IMG/VR virus record: IMGVR_UViG_2537561934_000011
Strand: one strand, 5' to 3'
DNA: 13,699 bases
DNA from: a virus
Lineage: Duplodnaviria; Heunggongvirae; Uroviricota; Caudoviricetes
The position numbers and the translations under genes are program-made. A model generated the notes under the pieces. That model ran no database searches. It was not told where the DNA came from and was given only the letters and a program-made list of their open reading frames with translations. This document shows, in pieces, positions 7,432 through 13,699 of the stretch (position 1 is its first letter; each line of letters opens with the position of its first letter).

Positions 7432-8880
7432 TTGCTCAACAAGTATAATGGAGTTCCCGTGGATACAGCAGAACATGATGGCAAATTTGCTTGGGCTAGT
7501 TTTTATGAGGCTTTTGCCAACGCGTTACTGACTTGGCGAAATCGTAGAGATGAATTAGTCAAAGGTATTCATCTAATTGCCTCAGGTGTGGAAGGAATGT
7601 CCCATCTGCAGGACAAATCTATTATGGGAGAGATCTTTCCCTTAAAAGACATTTGTCCGTTTACTACTATGGGCTTGTTCAATCGTAACTTGACCGACAG
7701 CAATCGCAAAATTATTGCTGCCAAGCTAGCGAATTTGTTGGGCGTGAACGAACCGATTCCTGACTCCTTTGCCGGAATCCCGCTGTTGAATAACCAAAAA
7801 TCTTGGTTCTTTGGTTATGAAAAGTCACGCGACCCTAATGACATTGAATGCTTGTGGGAAATGTTCTCGCAGGCAATGACCTTTGCGGATAACCAGAATA
7901 CTAACTCTGCAGACTTCACTGCCGCATATGACATTGCTTCTACAGTAATGAATGTCGGTTGGAATCTCACCATGGGGTTGTACTGGACCCGTCCTTGGTT
8001 CTACCCTACTTTAGATAGCCAGTCGCAGTATTACATTCAGACAGTGTTAAACATTAAGATCATTAAAAACGGGGCAAAAGGTCGCTGTAGTGGACAAAGT
8101 TACCTGAGTCTTATGCGGGCGCTGAACGAGGTCTTTACCCAACCAAACTATCCGGTTCATTCTTTCCCAGAACTTTCTTTATCAGCGTGGAATACAGATC
8201 TTAGCCAGTCTAAAGATGAGGTGGCAAATAGAACGTGGAAAGCCTCTTTACTGAATAAAATTAAGGCGTTATGCCTGAAAAAAAATGGCCCTTATTTCAC
8301 TGCTTCGGAGTTGGAAGAAAACTACTTGGACGTATTCAAGGTAGAGCATCCTGAGAGCAAAACAGTTACAAGCTCAATCTACTTTTATCTACAGAAACTA
8401 TGCAATGATGATGAGTTAAAGTCCCTTGAGTCCGGAAATTATGAATACCTGAATTTTGAGAAAAATGAATCCCAGACGATAACTGAGGAAACTGTCGAAG
8501 AGAGTGCGCCGTTGCCAAAACTCACTCACGTTCCTTATGACATCAGTCATCTGGTGCAGGATGGCTGTTTCTTGGAAGAGGCTAAGATCCAACTCACACT
8601 TCAGCGCCTGATCGACAAGAAAAACCTGATATTACAAGGACCACCCGGAACTGGAAAAACCTGGTTAGCGCGACGTCTGGCGTACTGCTTGATGGGAGAA
8701 AAAGCACCTGAGCGTATTAGCGCGGTGCAATTTCACCCGAACCTCTCTTACGAAGACTTTATTCGCGGCTGGCGTCCAGGTAAAGAAGGGCAATTGACGC
8801 TAATTGATGGACCTTTTGTAAATGCAATCAAAACTGCAGTCAATAATCCTACCTCGAAATATGTGGTGATAATTGAAGAG
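7432..8880 (+). pseudogene. mcrB: McrB-like AAA+ GTPase gene, 5' part (long N-terminal domain, Walker A), interrupted by IS1 at 8881
   Basis: Walker A GPPGTGKT (8638-8661), then ARRLAYCLMGEKAP..VQFHPN.SYEDFIRG and the start of Walker B (VVIIEE) before the IS1 end; this tracks the K-12 McrB GTPase domain as I recall it. The preceding roughly 370 residues are unrelated to the K-12 McrB N-terminal domain. Start is uncertain (TTG at 7432, or GTG at 7459 with GGAG upstream). Confidence 0.8.
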
Positions 8881-8895
8881 GGTAATGACTCTAAC

Positions 8896-9399
8896 TTATT
8901 GATAGTGTTTTATGTTCAGATAATGCCCGATGACTTTGTCATGCAGCTCCACCGATTTTGAGAACGACAGCGACTTCCGTCCCAGCCGTGCCAGGTGCTG
9001 CCTCAGATTCAGGTTATGCCGCTCAATGCGCTGCGTGTAATGTTTGCTGATTACGTGCAGCTTTCCCTTCAGGCGGGATTCATACAGCGGCCAGCCATCC
9101 GTCATCCATATCACCACGTCAAAGGGTGACAGCAGGCTCATAAGACGCCCCAGCGTCGCCATAGTGCGTTCACCGAATACGTGCGCAACAACCGTCTTCC
9201 GGAGCCTGTCATACGCGTAAAACAGCCAGCGCTGGCGCGATTTAGCCCCGACATAGCCCCACTGTTCGTCCATTTCCGCGCAGACGATGACGTCACTGCC
9301 CGGCTGTATGCGCGAGGTTACCGACTGCGGCCTGAGTTTTTTAAGTGACGTAAAATCGTGTTGAGGCCAACGCCCATAATGCGGGCAGTTGCCCGGCAT
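8896..9399 (-). CDS. insB: IS1 InsB reading frame (InsAB' transposase by -1 frameshift)
   Basis: Canonical IS1 InsB sequence ..[41 protein letters not shown].. Confidence 0.85.
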
Positions 9400-9593
9400 C
9401 CAACGCCATTCATGGCCATATCAATAATTTTCTGGTGCGTACCGGGTTGAGAAGCGGTGTAAGTGAACTGCAGTTGCCATGTTTTACGGCAGTGAGAGCA
9501 GAGATAGCGCTGATGTCCGGCAGTGCTTTTGCCGTTACGCACCACCCCGTCAGTAGCTGAACAGGAGGGACAGCTGATAGAAACAGAAGCCAC
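9318..9593 (-). CDS. insA: IS1 InsA, 91 aa
   Basis: [43 protein letters not shown].. matches canonical IS1 InsA as I recall it. Confidence 0.9.
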
Positions 9594-9648
9594 TGGAGCA
9601 CCTCAAAAACACCATCATACACTAAATCAGTAAGTTGGCAGCATCACC

Positions 9649-10191
9649 ATTGAAGAGATTAATCGTGGCAATCCGGCGCAAATCTTCGGTGAAACACTCA
9701 CGTTGATGGAAGCAGATAAACGCACGCCGACTGAGGCATTATCTCTTTCCTATCCTAAAAATGATGATGAAAAAATATACATTCCTGAGAATCTATATAT
9801 CATCGGTACGATGAATATTGCAGACCGCTCACTCGCACTACTTGACCTAGCGCTGCGCCGTCGTTTCGCGTTTATCGATCTAAAGCCAGCTTTTAATGAC
9901 GCGTGGAGAAACTGGGTAAATTATAATTACGCAATTGATTTTGACATGTTAGCATTCATCAAATCTCGACTGACGGTACTTAACGATATGCTGGCAAAAG
10001 ATGTTACCTTAGGACCACAGTTTTGTATCGGTCACAGCTATGTCACCCCAGCTATCGGCCAAAAAATCAACGATGCCCAGGCTTGGTATGAACAAGTCGT
10101 TGATACAGAGATCTGCCCTTTGCTCGCCGAATATTGGTTCGATGCTCCAAATAAAGTCGATGAAGCCAGAAAAGTGTTATTAGCAAAATGA
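9649..10191 (+). pseudogene. mcrB: McrB-like AAA+ GTPase gene, 3' part, in frame with the 5' part once IS1 and one repeat copy are removed
   Basis: Reads (IEE)INRGNPAQIFGETLTLMEADKRT..YIPENLYIIGTMNIADRSLALLDLALRRRFAFIDL.., corresponding to the K-12 McrB segment IIDEINRANLSKVFGEVMMLMEHDKRG..YIIGLMNTADRSLAVVDYALRRRFSFIDI as I recall it. Stop overlaps the mcrC-like start (ATGA at 10188-10191). Confidence 0.8.
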
Positions 10192-11309
10192 CGACAATAA
10201 CCGGGAGTGAGCAACATACAGCATCACGTATTCCCATGCGAAATATCTGGATGCTGATGCTGTACGCTTCAGATCTGTTTCGTCAGTTAGGGCGCAATCA
10301 GATCGCAGTAGAAGATAACCCAGCAGAAATCCCCGACCTGGTGGCGACAATCCTCCTTCATGAGATTACGCTGCGCCGACGTCGCAATTTAAATATGGGA
10401 TACCAAACTTGTCATGCGGCCCTGAACCGAGTGAGAGGGCGCATTGACATACTGTATACTGCCAGTCATCAACTACTGGAACGGGGACAGGTTGCCTGCC
10501 ATTTTCAAGACATAACCCTCAACACCCCCCGAAATCGCTATGTTCGCTGTGCGTTAGAACGTCTGGCCTCAATCATAGTGAAACCGTCTTTGGCGGCAGA
10601 TTGCCATTTTATGGCAATATCACTTCGCCGTGAGGGGATAAATGGAGGATATCCTGCCCCCCACGAATTACCCTCAGTGTGGCGTTTTGGACGCCATGAT
10701 GCCGCAGATAAACCGATGGTCGATGCCGCACGATTAGCTTTTGAACTGCTGATGCCGACCGAAGATCAAGGCCAATATCTTTTACCTGCGCCCTCAAATA
10801 ACCTTTACTGGATGAGAAGACTATTTGAAAAAGGTATCGCTGGCTTATATCGTGTACACCTTGCCAAAACAACTTGGCAGGTCTCTGCAGGGAAAGAGCT
10901 GAAATGGGCGTTGAGCGATCAAAGTGCAGGTAGTGCAGAGATTTTCCCGACAATGAAGTCAGACATTATTCTGGAACACAAGACTGCCCAGCGGCGTATT
11001 ATTATCGATACCAAATTTAATTCGATTCTGACAAAGGGTTGGCATCGGGAGCAATCACTACGTAATGGCTATATTTATCAGCTATATACCTACCTTAGAA
11101 CACAGGAGAACAAGACGGATCCGCTTTCGCTCAATGCCGCTGGTCTTCTACTTCATCCAGCTGTTGGCTATATGCTTAATGAGTATGTTGTCACTCAGGG
11201 ACATAAGATCCATTTTGCTACAGTAGATATGACGGTAGATGCTAAAGCAATTAAAAAACAATTGCTGGCAATAGCCCATGATTGTGCAGGAGTCGCGGTT
11301 GATGACTAA
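10188..11309 (+). CDS. mcrC: McrC-like subunit (PD-(D/E)xK nuclease partner of McrB), 373 aa
   Basis: Translationally coupled to the mcrB-like gene. Length and position fit McrC. Candidate catalytic motif SDIILEHK..RRIIIDTKF (D at 11007-11009, K at 11013-11015). Confidence 0.75.
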   Translation: MTTITGSEQHTASRIPMRNIWMLMLYASDLFRQLGRNQIAVEDNPAEIPDLVATILLHEITLRRRRNLNMGYQTCHAALNRVRGRIDILYTASHQLLERGQVACHFQDITLNTPRNRYVRCALERLASIIVKPSLAADCHFMAISLRREGINGGYPAPHELPSVWRFGRHDAADKPMVDAARLAFELLMPTEDQGQYLLPAPSNNLYWMRRLFEKGIAGLYRVHLAKTTWQVSAGKELKWALSDQSAGSAEIFPTMKSDIILEHKTAQRRIIIDTKFNSILTKGWHREQSLRNGYIYQLYTYLRTQENKTDPLSLNAAGLLLHPAVGYMLNEYVVTQGHKIHFATVDMTVDAKAIKKQLLAIAHDCAGVAVDD

Positions 11310-11788
11310 CCATCCTATAAGGCACTGGCTGTAATATAATCAATAGTTTCAATTAAGTAGCTGTTATCCGTGCTTAGTCATCATATGACGCACCACGGTC
11401 TAATTTTCCTGCTCATACATTGATATATCCTTGTCGAGTCCGGAAAGTCGCAGTCCACTATTAGGTATACCGATTGCCAGCACCAAAAGCTTCTTTGTGA
11501 TTATTATATCGGGGAATGCCTATTTTTTAGTGACAATATCAGATAGCAATTAATAAGCGGTGCCGGTAATGGATGTTATGTTTAATGTATAGACACAGCC
11601 ATCATAAACTAAACGTCTGTTGTTCGCTCATAACCGACATTTATCTCAGTTATGGAAGATAATTATGTATGCAGATAATGGGGCAGACAGTCGTGGAGTA
11701 AACAAGGTTTTGCACTGCTTGGCGGCATCGTTATCTTATTTTTAATTATGTGCCTCTTAACATAAGTTGGGACAAAACAGAGACACAT

Positions 11789-11819
11789 AAGGTCTCACAA
11801 AGGTCTGCAAGGCCTCACA
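11789..11819. repeat. Three tandem 11-bp imperfect direct repeats AAGG(T/C)CT(C/G)CA(C/A)A
   Basis: Read directly: aaggtctcaca / aaggtctgcaa / ggcctcaca. One-helical-turn spacing, about 200 bp on the prophage side of the icd junction. Confidence 0.4.
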
Positions 11820-12010
11820 TGTATTGAGATGTTAATAAAATGTAGACTTGTAATTTGGATATAAATGGTAGAGAAAACCTTTCCCCAAAATAAAAACGAA
11901 CGTCAATGAAATCAAACGGTTGAATAAAGTTGATTTTGGCTAATAAAAAAACAATAAAATAATTTTTATCATTAAATATCAATGACTTGAACTTAATGTT
12001 TTTATATACT

Positions 12011-12172
12011 GTTACGCCACATGGGTTGGACCGAAGCCGCAGACCTGATTGTTAAAGGTATGGAAGGCGCAATCAATGCCAAGACCGTAACCTATGACTT
12101 CGAACGTCTGATGGAAGGCGCTAAACTGCTGAAATGTTCAGAATTTGGTGATGCGATCCTCAAGAACATGTA
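12011..12172 (+). pseudogene. icdC: Displaced original 3' end of icd (isocitrate dehydrogenase), marking the right prophage/host junction
   Basis: In-frame translation ..[57 protein letters not shown] matches the Icd C-terminus as I recall it. No upstream icd coding sequence; AT-rich prophage DNA precedes it. K-12 e14 has the same int .. pin, restriction gene, icdC, iraM, ycgX order. Confidence 0.8.
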
Positions 12173-12195
12173 ATCACTACATGTGTTTAATATTG

Positions 12196-12228
12196 CAACG
12201 GGCGTATAACACGCCCGTTGTTTTATTT
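12196..12228 (+). terminator. Intrinsic terminator of icd: 10-bp perfect stem, 5-nt loop, T-run
   Basis: caacgggcgt-ataac-acgcccgttg followed by ttttatttat, 25 bp after the icd stop codon. Confidence 0.6.
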
Positions 12229-12275
12229 ATGTAGGTATTATTAATAGCATATCGAGCATATTTATATAAAACCCT

Positions 12276-12599
12276 TTACTTGAGCCCATATGGGCATATT
12301 TTTATAATGCAACTATTATGCAAACATTTATTTGTTATTTTGCTTTCTCCTGGAGGACACTCTTGACTGCTTTTGAGTAGACTCCATAAATCCTTGTTGA
12401 ATGGTGCGATGTTATAAATAGTAATAGGATATTCTTTATCTTTAAGGATAATTCCAGATTTAACCGGTGTAAATATACTGCCAGGAGGGAGAAATATAGT
12501 AGATTGATACCAGATGATCATTTTCATATTACCCCATATGGCTGAAAAAGATATGCCGCATGAAGGTTGAATTATCGTGTCAATTACTATCCACTTCAT
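12276..12599 (-). CDS. iraM: IraM-like anti-adaptor protein (RssB inhibitor), 107 aa
   Basis: Sequence [41 protein letters not shown].. matches my memory of E. coli IraM (YcgW). Length and position after icdC fit the K-12 order. Long AT-rich upstream region. Confidence 0.7.
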   Translation of the reverse strand: MKWIVIDTIIQPSCGISFSAIWGNMKMIIWYQSTIFLPPGSIFTPVKSGIILKDKEYPITIYNIAPFNKDLWSLLKSSQECPPGESKITNKCLHNSCIIKICPYGLK

Positions 12600-13054
12600 T
12601 TGTTATGTCTTATCCCACGGTATTTAATATAGTTCATTTGGATGTTCATTTCTTTATTTTGCATATGAGTATATTACCCCTTCAAAAAATAAATTAATTA
12701 AAACGATTGCTTATATAAAACAAAATTTAAAGCAAGGAATCTCAATGGATGTTAAACAAAATGAGATTTAGAGAAAACAATAAATTATTCACTTCGTTTT
12801 AGATTTGTTTAGCTATAATGTTATACATTCAAATGACTGAACATCCTGTAATTAAAACATAGCCTTTATGCTACTTTGTGCCAATTTGCTAAACATTATG
12901 GTTGCCTTTTTATATAACGATAATAATGAATATAAGCATGACATGAGAATAAGGTTTCAATTTTTGAGTTATATAGGAAAGGTTTAACCTGTTCCTGGCT
13001 AAAATACATATAACTGGATGATGACTAAACCAAAACACATGTGCGTTAAGTATT

Positions 13055-13088
13055 GAAACGGGCGTATGGCACACCCGTTGTTTTTATA
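13055..13088 (+). terminator. Second, imperfect copy of the icd-terminator hairpin module (function uncertain)
   Basis: gaaacgggcgtatggcacacccgttg followed by tttttataaa. About 85 percent identical by eye to 12178-12230, with one stem mismatch. Confidence 0.3.
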
Positions 13089-13294
13089 AATATATTAACC
13101 GTTATAAAATAACGTATAGAAAGTCAAGTGATCACATTTCAAATATCAATTTGATAGTATTGGCATGGTGATTATTTATGGGTAGCAATAAAAGGACAGT
13201 ATTTATCATCCATAGGGATAGTCTCTGTACTTTTATTCCCATTATGCTAATGCCTTACTGAATTATGAAGCATTTCTTAAGCATCCAACTTTAG

Positions 13295-13699
13295 CTAGAT
13301 TAATGGTTTATTATTTTCTACATCTTCAATATATAAAAGCGTATTATCAATGGCGTAGTAACTGCGTTTGTTATGATTAACATCAGTAACCCACCGGAAA
13401 ACGCCCGCGCCTGCTAGTGTTGAACAGTATTCCCGAAATGTAGATTTTCCGCAAATATGAAGCAATGCGGCCTCTTTTATTTTAGCAGGGTTCTTGGTCG
13501 TACTAACTTTTAACAGGTTCCTGGTTCCTCTTAATAACAAAACCGTGTCATCGTGAGTAATAATTCTGATGTTATCCGTAGCCAGATAATAAATGTAATG
13601 TGCAATACGGTGATGTTTTAATTCTGAATAAAACCAGGAGAAGTTTTGCTCTTTTCTCACTTGCTCAAACATCTTTTGAAAAACAACGACCTGATCCAT
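13295..13699 (-). CDS. ycgX: YcgX-like protein of unknown function, 134 aa; start codon is the last three bases of the window
   Basis: Length and position (upstream of iraM, minus strand) match K-12 ycgX. I do not recall the sequence itself well. The ORF could extend beyond the window edge. Confidence 0.55.
   Translation of the reverse strand: MDQVVVFQKMFEQVRKEQNFSWFYSELKHHRIAHYIYYLATDNIRIITHDDTVLLLRGTRNLLKVSTTKNPAKIKEAALLHICGKSTFREYCSTLAGAGVFRWVTDVNHNKRSYYAIDNTLLYIEDVENNKPLI

Larger units (their letters stand above)
8881..9648 (-). mobile_element. IS1 copy 2 (canonical), 768 bp, inserted in the mcrB-like gene with a target-site duplication
   Basis: Ends GGTAATGACTC.. (8881) and ..GGCAGCATCACC (9648). 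Flanked by direct repeat ATTGAAGA(G) at 8873-8881 and 9649-9657. insA and insB on the minus strand. Confidence 0.93.

Noticed and set aside
7432-8961. The 509-aa ORF from the track taken as one intact protein
   Set aside because: Its last 26 residues are translated from the IS1 terminus (8881 onward). The genuine gene is split and continues at 9649.
9410-9622. Minus-strand 70-aa ORF inside IS1 copy 2
   Set aside because: Alternative frame overlapping insA; not a known IS1 product.
10609-10953. Minus-strand 114-aa ORF
   Set aside because: Antisense within the mcrC-like gene.
12600-13294. Novel element in the AT-rich tract upstream of iraM
   Set aside because: Most simply the long regulatory region of iraM plus the ycgX 3' flank; only the hairpin copy at 13037-13088 stands out.

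Overview
Right-hand arm of a defective lambdoid prophage of the e14 type, integrated in the 3' end of icd in an E. coli-like chromosome, followed by host genes. Gene order: lambda-family int (1..1143) and xis, three small early-left genes (one TraR/DksA-like zinc finger), a solitary DGQHR (DndB-like) gene, lambda-type exo with a 5'-truncated bet, then rightward YdaT-like and O-like replication genes carrying ori iterons. An IS1 variant without target duplication truncates O; the immunity, late and structural regions are absent and only a decayed pin invertase pseudogene remains. Between pin and the icd junction, in the position mcrA occupies in K-12 e14, sits a McrBC-family type IV restriction pair. 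Its McrB-like gene has a long N-terminal domain I cannot assign and is split inside the AAA+ Walker B region by a second, canonical IS1 with a clean target-site duplication. The window ends with the displaced icd 3' end and terminator, an iraM-like gene and a ycgX-like gene. The best candidates for something undescribed are the McrB-like N-terminal domain and the DGQHR gene. All homology calls are from reading the translations and recalling reference sequences; no searches were run.
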